A DNA stretch of 64,000 nucleotides from Vermamoeba vermiformis (lineage: Eukaryota): positions 124,001-188,000 of the forward strand of contig JBEWZL010000270.1 in NCBI GenBank assembly GCA_045837725.1, read 5' to 3'. The notes under the pieces were generated by a model. That model was not told where the DNA came from. It worked only from the letters and a program-made list of their open reading frames with translations, and ran no database searches. Position 1 is the stretch's first letter. Every line of letters begins with the position of its first letter. Below are positions 40,926-53,700 of this stretch, in pieces. Position numbers and translations under genes: made by a program.

Positions 40926-42637
40926 TTAAAGTTTTATATTTGCTTTTTGCAAGATAATATAAGCCCAACGAACCTAAATAAATACACGAGTTAGACTCGG
41001 ATCCAGAACGGACGAACACGAACGAAGTTAGAACTTTGCAAAAGCACAATAAAACCAGTATACATCGATAGTTATATTGTTTATAGTTGCTTACCATTGG
41101 CATATCGATCATTTTTCCATCAACTTCGAAGGCACCTTTGCCGGACTGTTGATGCAAGACATTAGCTTCGACTATCTTCTTAGCAAATGCAATGCTCTCT
41201 TCTGGGGGTCTAAAACACTCGTAGATGACCGAGACTTGATTCGGATGAATGGCTTGTTTGCCGTCGTAGCCTAAATTGTAACCCTAACAAGATCCGATTA
41301 AAAATTTTGGCTCAACGATTTTAATTCCAATAATATTATATTATATCAATATATGGCATAAACGTAATATTGTTAATTATAAGGCCTTACTTGTTTGCAT
41401 TCGAGTCGCAACTGATCTTCGTCTTTGTAATGGATGCAGACCATGTCAATTGCACTCAAGCTGAAGCATGGCAATATTAATACGAATAATGTACGTATAT
41501 GTAATGTATTTGTAATGCCGTACCGATAAGCTTTGGCGTGCGTTACTATGGCAGATCTTATGTACAATAATTCTTCTCCAGTTTTAGTTCGTGTAACGCC
41601 CAAGTCTGCGCTATAATCTTCGCTTCCAAACTAACGTAATATTATTATAACGTTATAATTCTACGAAATTTGCTGGCAAAGAGCGAAAGTGACTTACGAT
41701 CAGTCCATCCACTCGTGGAGCTCGACAGATCTCTTTCAAATTCATAACAGCCTTTGCTGACTCGATGCACGCGAGGATTTTTATACGTTTGTTGGTATCA
41801 CTGCCTTTAGTGCTCAAATAATTATCGACAAAGGCCACATCCTCGGCAGTATCAACTTTAGGCAAGACAATCGTGTCTATTTTATCAAAAACTGGTGCCA
41901 TAGCGTCTAAATCGGCTCTGTGTTATAAAATACATTAAATATCAAATTAACGATTCTACAAAGCGAACAAAAAGTCTGAAAATATTAGATCGAGGAGATC
42001 TGAACCGGTTAATTTGCGGTGTCCTCACTGAAAGATAGAACAATACTATAACGTATATTTTATATGCTTATCGACTTACTTTTCGAATCCCGATCGAACT
42101 GAGTTCATTCGCAAGCACCGTTCGGTTGAGCCAAAATTTAATTTGGTAAATGAGTCGCGGATCATCTGTCTAGCTTTATCTTTTTGGTTTATAGCAATAC
42201 CGTCCTATGAATATTATCGTAACGATTAATTTAGTTTGTTTCTAAGGAAATATTTTTTCCGTACCTCGAGATCGAGAACTATGCAATCAAGTGGAAGGCC
42301 AGCAGCTGGTTGAATATTTTTAAGTTAATTATTTTAACACTACAAGAAGATAAATAAGCATATTTCAGCTCAATAATGATATTGCAAATAAATTAAAAAT
42401 TTGTTTTTGCGAATCTGCTCGTATATTCATACCTTTGGTAATCTTTCTCTCATCACTGCCTGGTACGTTAAATAATACTCGTCGTGGTTTTCTGTTTTGA
42501 ATCTTTTTGATGTCATTATCAACGAACGAAGTGACGGTTGAATAGCCGCATTTGTTCCCACGCGCCAAATTCTTATTTGCTCTATTTAGAGCTGTATTAA
42601 TGCCTCTATTGAGGAGTGTGCGCGTGTTGGTCAGCAT
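40926..42637 (-). CDS. CLYBL: Citrate lyase beta-like / citramalyl-CoA lyase (HpcH/HpaI aldolase family), with a mitochondrial presequence
   Basis: PRRVLFNVPGSDERKI, DCIVLDLE/D, IVLPKVD, LACIESAKAVMNLKEI, FGSEDYSADLG, AIDMVCIHYKD, GKQAIHPNQV, GAFEVDGKMIDMPM. Confidence 0.92.
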
Positions 42638-43181
42638 TGTTGGGCGAAACGAACGAAGATTTTTTTGGATCCCTAACTATTTTCGTTTGTTGCTCATCAC
42701 TCAACGACAAAGAAGCACAATTTCAGTAGAATATGTAATAATCGTATTGCTTGAATGTTAACTTCCAGTTTAAATTCCGAGGTAATTAAGTACGAGTATT
42801 AATTGAAGAATTATTTCTGCACCCAGATCTGATCGTGCGTTTTCAGTTTGTATGTTACAAAATTAATTATCGAAAAAAACATGTTCCATTATTTAATATA
42901 TTACTCTAATTTTTGCGCGTCGATATTAATTTAATTACCCGGATTTCCAACCAGATCTCGCCGCTTGATGCCAGGCCTGCAACTATAAATACGAACAAAT
43001 AGCCAGCCCTCGTTGCAAATTATTGGCGCTTCATGAAACTCGGCACGTGCACAAGACGAACGAACCTGGACTGTATCTCCAATTCGCTTTTTAACGCGGG
43101 AAATGCCCGAATACTGTTTATCGCCGCTATGCCCCAATTTAACGTGCAAAATACAATACAACACCACATATTCCATCAGTA

Positions 43182-44264
43182 ATGCAAAACCAGCTATTAG
43201 CAATTCTCGTTTCTCTTCTCCTCGTAGAACAAGGTACTACAATTTATACTTGATGAATCAATAATGATCCGAGACTAAATTCAATTATGACTACTATAGT
43301 GGCCTTACAATCGTGCACCACAAACGACTTTCTGGTGTCAAATGGAGTCAAAGAATACATCCGGATCAACAACGATGGTGTTTTTGCTTGCGACAAGAAG
43401 AACCTGTGTGATGCTTTTCAATCACTCTCGCTTTCTTCTGAAGGCGATACATTAAGTCTATCACAAGGAAATTCAATTCGCCTCCCCGATCCGAGTTCAA
43501 CAAACGAATTGCAATCATTGACAATTTCGGGATCTACGCTAACGATTTCAAATGGCAATTCAGTCACTCTTCCCGATCAACAAACTCTTTCTGTATCGAG
43601 CGATAATCGTACGATCTCGATTAGTGGTGGAAACTCCGTTTCTGTTCCAGATCAAAGTCCAACGAACGAACTGCAGACTTTGTCGCTCTCCGACACGACG
43701 TTGTCCATCTCGGACAGCAACAGTATTGACTTGAACGACAAAAAGTTTTACATGTTCGTTCTGACCGCTATAGGCACGACAAAAGCTGCCAGTAATAGCC
43801 CTCTGCCAGTACAATTTAACGGAGTTGCTTATAACAACTTTCCCGCCAGTTCTCTGAGCGGATTCGGTAAGATTAGTCAAAACGAAGAAAATTGCAATTT
43901 ATAATACTCTACTGAACACTAATCTGATGATCTTATTATAGATTCAACGTTTACAGCTCCGTGGACAGGTGTTTATCGATTTACCCTTGGCGGAGGATTG
44001 GTGTACGTTACTTCAGTTACGAACTCAGATTACCGTATAAGCGTCGCATTGAATGCAACGAGTGATTACCCAACCAATTACTATCATATGGGCTGGCAGG
44101 GACAAGGAGGAGTTTTCGTGGTGAGCGGATCCGCACTTCGCGTGCTGAGCGCAGGAGAAGTTGTTAACGTATTAATGTACTCCACTAACACTCTGACGCT
44201 TGGACCGAACTCTAATCCTGGAATACGATTTTTTTGGCAAGGAGAATACTTGGGAAAATATTAA
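43182..44264 (+). CDS. Secreted protein with TNELQ repeats and a C-terminal C1q/TNF-like domain, paralog A
   Basis: Signal peptide MQNQLLAILVSLLLV; repeats DxSxTNELQxLxxSxxTLxISxxNS; FTAPWTGVYRFT; L.AGEVV; FFWQGEYLG. Confidence 0.75.
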
Positions 44265-44472
44265 ATACTGTTTAACATAAACAATGTTCGATAATGAATA
44301 CGAACTCTATTGGTCGATCAACCAGGTCAGTATTTGTTTTCAGATCGCTCGAAGCAATATTAATTATCGACACCTGTCAAAGGTTGTGCTAAAAATCCTG
44401 AAACAATCTCCAATTCGCTTTTTGCAAACTCGGTAGTAATTAAATGCTCAAACAAGCCAACACCACAATAGC

Positions 44473-45872
44473 ATGCAACTATTAAAGCATAACCAATTAG
44501 TAGCCATTTTACTGGCTCTGTTGTTAGTGGATCAAGGTACCCACCGGCTTAGCGTTATTCACCAATATCAATTTAATTAATTTATTTATGATTACTATAG
44601 TGACTTTACAATCATGCACAGCAAATGACTTCCTGGTGTCAAATGGAGTCAAAGAATACATCCGGATCAACAACGATGGTGTCTTTGCTTGCAGTCAAAA
44701 GAACCTGTGTGATGCTTTTCAATCACTGTCGATATCCTCTGAAGGCGATACATTAAGTCTATCACAAGGGAACTCAATTCGCCTTCCAGATCCGAGTTCA
44801 ACGAATGAATTGCAATCATTGACAATTTCGGGCTCAACACTAACGATTTCAAATGGCAACTCCGTGACACTTCCCGATCAACAAACTCTTTCTGTATCGA
44901 GCGATAATCGTACGATCTCGATTAGTGGTGGAAATTCCATTTCTCTTCCAGATGAAAGTCCAACGAACGAAATTCAGACTTTGACGCTGAGTGGCTCGAC
45001 ACTTTCAATCTCAAAAGGCAACTCGGTGACACTCCCTCAATCAACTGATCAACAAACACTCTCCGTGTCAACAGATCGCACGACTTTGTCGATCTCTGGT
45101 GGCAACAGCGTCGCTTTTCCCGACAGCAGCGACACGAATGAACTGCAGACTCTCGTACTAACTGATGCCTCGTTGTCAATCTCCGGAAAGAATACAGTCA
45201 CGTTGCCTGATAGTAGCGACACCAATGAGATTCAGTATTTACAATTGAACGGAACATCGTTGTCTCTCAGCGCAGCCAACACAATTCAGTTGCCCGATGC
45301 TAGTAGTACAAATGAACTTCAAACATTATCCGTAACAAGGGTAAATGAAAGTCAAACACTCTCGATTAGCAGCGGCAATACTGTTGATATTACAAACACG
45401 TACCGTGGCTTTGAAGTGTCTGCATCTAATGTAGACTCTCCGGGCTCCAGTGTTTGGCGAGTTATTAATTTTCCTTCGGTTTCTTACAATTCTTGGCTGA
45501 GCTCCTATTCCACCGTCACGGGTAAGAATTAATGCTACTCAAATTCAAATTGTAATTGGATGTTCAGGTGCATTCACAGTACCACTTACCGGCGTCTACC
45601 GATTTAGCATTAATGGTTGGTTTAAGTCCGCTGCAGTATCCTCGTCGCCTGACCAACGATATGCAATCGCCTTCAAAGTAGACGGAGTGACTGCTACAAG
45701 ATACGGCGGAGGTCAACTAAGCGCATCTAGTACTCCACTTGCGACTTACACTGAAGTGCGCGTGCTGAATAAAGGTCAGTTGGTACAAGTAGACCTGTAC
45801 GCTCTGGATCTAATTACGTTTGGCTTGGTTTGGTGGCAAGGAACATATTTGGGACCTTTTGAGCAGAGTTAA
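44473..45872 (+). CDS. Secreted protein with expanded TNELQ repeats and a C-terminal C1q/TNF-like domain, paralog B
   Basis: 5' region is nearly identical to paralog A; more repeat units; FTVPLTGVYRFS; LNKGQLVQV; WWQGTYLG. Confidence 0.75.
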
Positions 45873-46080
45873 GTCCTTCAAAAATAATAAAATTAATTCC
45901 GTAGCAAATCGTTGGCGTACCTGTTCGGTTGTTGCTTTATTACCAAGAAATTCTTGCTTTAATTTTGTGTTGCGTCGGCGGTGTTTCTCCGGTGACAGCT
46001 CATGTCCCACTGACAGCGGGTAGACTTTGGAATTACCTAGAATTGTTTTGATTATTTATCAGCCGATCCAACAACTGATC

Positions 46081-47187
46081 ATGTCCACAAACTTTTCCTT
46101 TGGTGGATTCAACGTTTCGTTCGGCACTCCTGTTTCTGGACAAGTAGCCGTGCCTATTCCAACGCAACCTACCTCTTCACTATATGAAGTATGTACTTAA
46201 TATCGGTATTAAAAGCGAAGGATTTCTTCTAATTTTGTTCGTTGCAGATCTTGGTCGAAGGTCAAGTGCCCTCAAACCCTCATGTATTCAATCAAGGCAT
46301 CACCGGAGTTCCTTCAGACTACACTATCGATCGTAGGAATATATTTTCCACGAAAGTCTGTGGCGCTGTTTGCATTCTAGGCTTTTTTGTGCCTGGTGAG
46401 TCTGATCGAATCTGCAACAAGACTAAAAGCGATTACCTTCTTACTAATGGTATTATAGTTGTAATCATCGTGCCTTTATTGATGTTCGCAGGCGTGAACG
46501 CCTTCACAACGAACTTCCCGGGCGATCCACACGTTGAACCAGCTGAATCTAGCGTGAATACTGGCCTAATCCTATTCATCACGTTTATGGCCACAGCGTT
46601 CGCTGGAGTTGGTGTTTGGCTCATCGTTAGTGCCGTCAGACGTCCCCGAAAGATTGTTTTCAGCGTTGAACAACGAGCTGTTTTGTTGGAATACGGATGC
46701 AAGGCTCCTGAGGTAAGAAAACCATTAATCTACGCTATTAAAGCATAAAATCGTATTAAATATTTCGAGGTATATTTAAAAATTCCTCTTCCTTGCGCGG
46801 CTCAGTCCGTTTGTGATTTTAAAAAAAGGTGTGGACGGATTCGCTTCTTGAACGCAGCATTAATTAGTTATTTTCAAGGTCGCTTACTTTGATGACCTTG
46901 ATACTCCGTATATTTGCGTCGGTAATGACCACAAAGAGAAGCACAAGCTCCACTTCGACTTGCGCATCCCTCGTTTGAACGGCGGCTCTGACATTGCCAT
47001 TGAACTGACGGGCATTGAAGCCAGATTTAAGTGTGCTAATGGTGTATCGCCCAAGGCTGAAAAGAGTACTCGCGAATTGATTGAAATAGCCGCTAACGTG
47101 TGCCACATCCTTCGCTTTGTAAAAGAGTCACCAGAGCCAGCCGCGATCCCGTTGCGCTTACAGTTTGATTTATCGGACCTCGATTAA
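46081..47187 (+). CDS. Hypothetical membrane protein (about 3 hydrophobic segments), copy 1 of an inverted pair
   Basis: MSTNFSFGG...; ILVEGQVPSNPH; hydrophobic exons; RRPRKIVFSVEQRAVLLEYGCKAPE; ends PLRLQFDLSDLD*. Confidence 0.75.
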
Positions 47188-48057
47188 GAACCATTGAAAT
47201 ACGAGCTAAATAAAATATCATTATTAGTTAGCGCTTTATTACACCGAAGAATCTTTCGCCCACCAAAATAAATTTCAAAACGGTCAAATAAAAATGCATT
47301 TCACCATATATTTAACTTCTGAAACGATTAATACAGCGCTAATATAGGTCAACTTACTATTTTACATACGAGGCTTGTTATAGAAAAATATCAGACGTTG
47401 GTTGAGGATCAATTTTCCACGCGTGCCATCCAACCTCTACACAGTGTCCATGAGCCTTCATAACATTCACTCATCGTGCAGTCGGTACTCGGTATGCCAG
47501 TAAATTAATTGAGCATGATTTTGAATCGATACTGAAGTGCGTTGTGGTTGTGCTAATTTTTTTGCAATTTGAACACCAGACGTCATCCTACACAACAATT
47601 TTTAATATCTTCCATTGTATATTCACAAGTGTACGCGGCACGAGGAAATATCTTAAATTGGAGACTTAGCTAAGCAAACAAAGGTCACGAGGTGAGGATT
47701 TCAAATGCAGGCTGGATGGACCCACACGAGCTATTAAATGAATGGTTCGCGACAAATATTAGCGTAAGTATTTTTATTAATGCTACCCTTAAATATACGC
47801 ACTGTTTTAACTGCGGTGAGTCGCTATAGCCAAAATCTAGCCGTTTTTTGTTTCACAATAATATTTTACGAGGTATTTATTTCGCTTTATCAATTGATAA
47901 TCCTTGATGATATGACTCATTCAACCAAAAGCCTACAATAATTATTAAAAAAAACAAATTTATTCGATGTTGTTAAAAGTTTAAAAGATACAAAAAAAGC
48001 TGATCTAAATGGTTATTCATTCTCAGCGCTGAAAGCAAACTTGAACTACGTGTTATT

Positions 48058-49190
48058 TTAGTCAAGGTCAGCGAGGTTGAATTGCAGGCGTAACGGGATC
48101 GAGATCGGCACCTCAGCTCGTTTGGCGTAGCGGAAAATATGGCACACCTTGGCTGCAATCTCGATGAGGTCTCGTGTGCTCTTTTCAGTTTGCAACGATA
48201 CACCATTAGCGCACTTAAATCTGGCTTCAATGCTCGCCAGTTCAATGGCAATGTCAGATTCGCCACTCAAACGAGGGATGCGCAAGTCGAAATGGAGCTT
48301 GTGCTTCTGCTTGTGGTTGTTGAGAACGTTGATATAAGGATTGCCGAGCTCTTCGAAATCAACGACCTATACAATAACGGATCAATAGGTAATTGCAATG
48401 TTAATACTTGGAAAACGAATCCGTGCACTTTTGAAATCACAATCGGACAAAGCCGCGCGAATAATTTGAATACTTTTGCATAAATGTAGGTACTAAAAGT
48501 CATTATAACGAGAAGCTAATAGGATTTCTTACCTCAGGAGCCTTGCATCCGTATTCCAACAAAACAGCTCGTTGTTCGACGCTGAAAACAATCTTTCGGG
48601 GACGTCTGACTGCACTAACGATGAGACAAGTGGCCACGGCAGCGAACATGAGTGCACCAACGACGACAAAGGCAATCAGACCTGCGTTAATGCCAGATTC
48701 AGCGGATTTAATGTGAGGATCGCCAGGGAAGTTCGTTGTGATCGAGTTCGTAGCTGAAAACATTAACAAAGGCACGACAATGACCACTATAATACGATGG
48801 TGAGTAAGTTTTGGTTCCAGTATTTGTTGCAACAGATTTTAGTCTCGTTGCAGATTCGATCAACTTACGAGGCACAAACACAGATAAAATGCAAGCCGCG
48901 GCGACGATTTTGAATACAAATACACCCTTGCGATCGATGGTGTAGTCTGAAGGCACTCCAGTGATGCCTTCATTGAAGGCGTGAGGGTTTGAGGGAACTT
49001 GACCTTCGACCAAGATCTGCAACGAACAAAATTTAGAAGAAATCCTTCGCATCCTTTAATATTAATATCAAGTACATACTTCATAGAGCTTGGAGGTGGG
49101 TTGCGTCGGGACAGCAATGGCTACTTGGTACCCAGGAACGGGAGTGCCGAACGAAACGTTGACTCCACCGAAGGAAATATTGGCGGACAT
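48058..49190 (-). CDS. Hypothetical membrane protein, copy 2 of an inverted pair
   Basis: MSANISFGG...; same exon/intron layout and peptides as copy 1; ends PLRLQFNLADLD*. Confidence 0.75.
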
Positions 49191-49812
49191 GATCAGGGGT
49201 AAGTGGTGTTGGATCTAGTTAGTGTAGGTGAGATAAAATAAATAATTCACGGTTTATATGGTGTCGCTGTCAAATATCAGTGTGCTCTCGGAGAAACGCC
49301 GCCGCTGATTCAACCAATCAAATAATTGCGCTGAGAATTTCTTGGTAATAGCATCCGTGGCGGGTTGGGTTTGTTCTTGCTCGCTGCCTATGAAATGAAG
49401 ATAAGTAATGCAAGGGATGAAGAAGAAATGAATTGCGACTTCGTCCTGGATCTTTTTGTATACTTTTTTTTCCTGGAATACTTAGCTGACGCAAAGCAGA
49501 ACGAGGCCAAGTTCATCGTTCGTACAATGCGAACAACGCTCATGTCGATCACAATACAAAAGGCAATGCACTTGAGGGATCTGTTGCGATCAACTAAGTT
49601 CAACAAAGTTCGAGTTATTTCTTTTAATTAAGAAGATATCGCATGAATTTAAGAAATGGATAAAACTGAATTGTTGCGAACGTTTCCTGCCTTAAATATC
49701 GGCGGCTGGTTGAAGATCAATCTATCTTTAAATTATCGAAGAGGAGTAACACAACTCCTTGATTCAATTTGCCGTATTATTGTATCCTATAATAACATAG
49801 TATCTATATATC

Positions 49813-50584
49813 ATGGCTCAAAAGGCAACTTTCATCGTGGCTGTCGTGGTTGTTCGAGACAATAAGATCTTGTTGATCCAAGAGGCCAAAGAATCTTGCA
49901 AAGGTCTTTGGTATTTACCTGGTAAGCATATCACGTAATATAATTATTTAAGGAATTATTCGAATTTTTGGGACACGTCTTTAATTGTTCAATTTGCAAA
50001 TCCGTTCTAACTTTAATTCTTTTGCAAAATTCCAGCTGGAAGAATGGAAAGTGGCGAGACTATAATAGCAGCAGCCAAAAGAGAAATGAAAGAAGAGGCT
50101 GGCTACGAAATTGACGTAAGAAAATTTCGCTATTATTCAGGTCTTTGATCCGCTGAAATTTCTAACCAATTTTTTAGGTCGCTGGTGTATTCCATGTCGA
50201 ACATATAAGCTACGGAGGAGTAAGATCGAAGAATACACAATTTTTCGAATTTTTAGCTAAATTTCTTTTTTTCAGCCTTCGTGGATTCGCTTTGGCATTG
50301 CCGCAAACATTACTGGCGGAGAATTAAAGACAGTTCCTGATAAGGAAAGTCTACGCGCTGATTGGTTCCCGTTGGAGGACCTCAAGAACGGCAAGATCCC
50401 GCTTCGTACAAACGACTTTGTGCCTCTCGTCTTCAACATCTTCTTAAAGAACAAGTATATTATCCCTATCAACTTCTTCGTAGACAAAACTGACGCATTT
50501 GCACAACAAAACAATTACTTCCAGCTCGAGAACGGTGGATCGAATAAGACTACCGACGAAAAGTTATTGGACAATGTAAATTAA
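49813..50584 (+). CDS. Nudix hydrolase (NUDT18-like / ADP-ribose pyrophosphatase-like)
   Basis: ILLIQEAKESCKGLWYLP/AGRMESGETIIAAAKREMKEEAGY is a complete Nudix box (GX5EX7REUXEEXGU); WIRF...GGELK..PDKESL.A.WF. Confidence 0.9.
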
Positions 50585-50743
50585 TGTTAATATGTTATTA
50601 TGTTATAGTAGTATTATAAACGAATGTTTAATAAGGCTTCAATCGCTCATTACGTATCATTAATAAGACCGAAAATTAGTACTTTGTTCTAGATCCGCTT
50701 ATTGGTGTTAAACTTTGCATTTAATTCCGAGAACAGAATAAAA

Positions 50744-53700
50744 TTAATACTCTTCACCATAATAATCATCGTGTTCCTCATCATAGCCATCGTATCCTTC
50801 ATAAACTTCAGCGCCTCCACCCGCATCTTTGTTGTAAATCAAGGTCATTTTTGGCGGTGCTGCTTTTCCTGGGCCTTTGCCACCAAAATGCACGATATAC
50901 GTAGGCAAGATTTGATCCATATTAAATATAACCTGTTACACAAAGATAAATTAGCACCACATCCAAAACGCGATCCGCTCGAGCGAAGTTGATCCTGATT
51001 TTGATATAGGTAAACTTACAATCTCGGAGCCATCAGGTGACGAATGACTATGATATCCTGGTTTTAATTTGCAGCCGAGTTGAACTTTTGGCATTTTGAA
51101 TGTGTTTCCAACCAACACTTGGCACAACAAAAACCGAGCACCACCAGCATAACTCATTGAAACGGCCGGTAATTCTGAGAAGTCTAGGCAAGCATTAGAC
51201 ACCCATTGCACTATCATAGTGATCTTACATATTCCTGCGCCGTAGTAGCCTTGGTCAGTGCGAGATCCAACGTGATCCAAACTGAAATTGTTTTCAATAA
51301 TATTCGATATATTTTCCGGGCTCGTGCCATGAAAGCATAATATAGGTTTAGTTTCTATCGATAATAATATTAATAAGAGTAGTTATGCAGCAGGTTTTTC
51401 AGATCTGGTACTTACGTTCCCAATCGATTTCTTGTGCCATTTCCAGCCTTCTCTTTTGAAATTTCGCTATTAACTTCGGATTGACAACGTATTCGACTTT
51501 AGTAACTTTAGAATGACTGCCTTCCATCAGGCGATAGAATTGACTTTCGGCCATCCTACGAACGCAAGTCATTTTAGCCAAGTCATTTCATAGCGGCATT
51601 TACGTGAATTTATATAATACTATAATAAACCTTTGTTTAAAGATGTAACAGAAAGTGAAATAAAACGATAAAAAAAAAATAATCAAGTCGGATCCGATCC
51701 GCAGATCAACGAAATAATTCGATAAGCACATTATTGCTATATTATGTATATGATTGTTTTTGTTTACCTGAAGTGGATCGTGGATGCGTCGTTTTCGAAC
51801 CGAGTTGAAGGATACAAGGAGAATATTTTGGTCTTATTGCCCTTCAACGCTTCTTTCTCGCCCGGCAAATACAATTTGGCCTCTTCTTCCGCATCAAGGT
51901 GTTTCTTATTTGAGCCTACTAGTCGCTCCGCTTCTTCTTTTTCTTTCATCAGAATTTTAATGATTTCTTGTTGCGCTTTTGTGTCTTCTTCCGCCCTAAT
52001 TAGCAAGCATTAATGATCATTTTCAATGAGTATTCGTAAGTGTGCTGATGACACGTGTCACGTCAATGACGGTTCCACTGAATTTTTTTTACGTTCGAAG
52101 TTTCGATGTGACACGTGTCATCAAAAGTGTCATTATTGTAAAGGTGATTGAAACGTACCTTTGTTTGTCTCGTTTGTACCGTTCCAATTCTTCGTATAAT
52201 TTTACAATGTCTTCATCTTTCTTCTCGAGAGGTTTGTCAGCTCCGTTCAAGTTGTTGTTCGCATTCGAGTCTTCTTTCACGTCAATATTTACAATGGTTT
52301 TATCGCCCGACTTGCTAATAGCCTTCTTATTGTCATTCTTATCCACCTTATCACTATTTACATTACTATTGTTATCGCTGTCATTCACTTTTTCTTTCGC
52401 GGCGTCGTCGTTTTGTTCTTGTTGATGACTGGCTGGCCAAAAAATCGTTAAATCACGTGACTATAATTCATGAAATAACATACCAGTCAAAAGATATTCA
52501 AGTGCTTGTTCAATATTATTGGCTGCTTTAGTCAAAGCAATTTTGATTTGCCGTTCAGTCACGTCAGGTAAAATTCCTTTGATCGTCGAAATCTGTTACC
52601 AAATTTAGTCAAAATATTTCCTTATTTGGCAATGAATGCATGATACGTACGTGATTGGCCTCTTCATTGTCCAATTTCATTTTCTTGGCTTTTTGTTCTG
52701 ACTCGGCTTCTTCCAATTTTCGTTTTTTGCTTTGCGGAGAATTAGAATCCGATTCTTTAATCTCCGCTGTATTTTTATCTTCTTGATTAATTTTTGCCTT
52801 TTCATTTTCATCTTGAAGAACTGTTGGCTGGCGTTTAGCTTTGGCCGCGTTATTATTTTTGAGTTCAATTTCGGGTTCGCTGTGTTCGGGTGTTTTGGGC
52901 TCTTCAATTTCACTCACGTCCATTTTACCGGTCTCAACGAGCATGTATCCGTGAAGACCTTGAGACCTACGTTAATAACCATAATAGTTGGAAGGCTATA
53001 ACATACCTGGTAAGAATTGAATCGTGTCGTCAAGTAGCAGCGGAACAATTTTTCCTTTAGTCAATTTAAATTCTTCACCGGTCTCTTTACGAATAATTTT
53101 CGAAGCATTACTGCCGATCTAAAAGAGTTTTTGTTAGTATTTCCTTTTTAGGCAATGACCAAACTTCAGACTTACGAGCTTCACATTGACTCGATTCTTT
53201 TCGTTTGTCTTATGGATCTCTAAATGCTGTCTGCTTAATCGATTGTCTTCAATGCCTGTCAGTCCTCCTCGGCCCAGAATAATCGGCAAATTGTTCATGA
53301 AATTCAACGGGATCGGTGCTCCTTCTCCAACTGGAATCAGTCCGAAGTATTGTTCGTTTGACATCTCCGTTTTCTTATCGCTATTTTTAGCATCGTTTTT
53401 AGCGCTTGAAGGCTTGTTACTATTGGCATTCGCGTCTGATTTTTTGTCGTCGGGCTGTTCTTCCAGATCCGGATCTCCGTTTTTTGCTTTGACGAGTTTA
53501 GTAGGCGCGTTTTGCAATAGTTTTTCTTTCAAATCGAGCATAATCATTGGATGTAAAAATCCAGGTCGTTTTCTATTGCCTTTAGTCTCGCAGTCCATTA
53601 GCATCTGAACGAACTGCCCTGGAATACTTTTGAATCCACAAGCTGCACCAATCATTCCGCCGACAATACATGCATTCGTATCTGTATCACCACCTGCTGC

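Noticed and set aside
43480-45380. Regularly spaced repeats resembling an array
   Set aside because: They are in-frame protein repeats with synonymous variation, not a DNA-level array.
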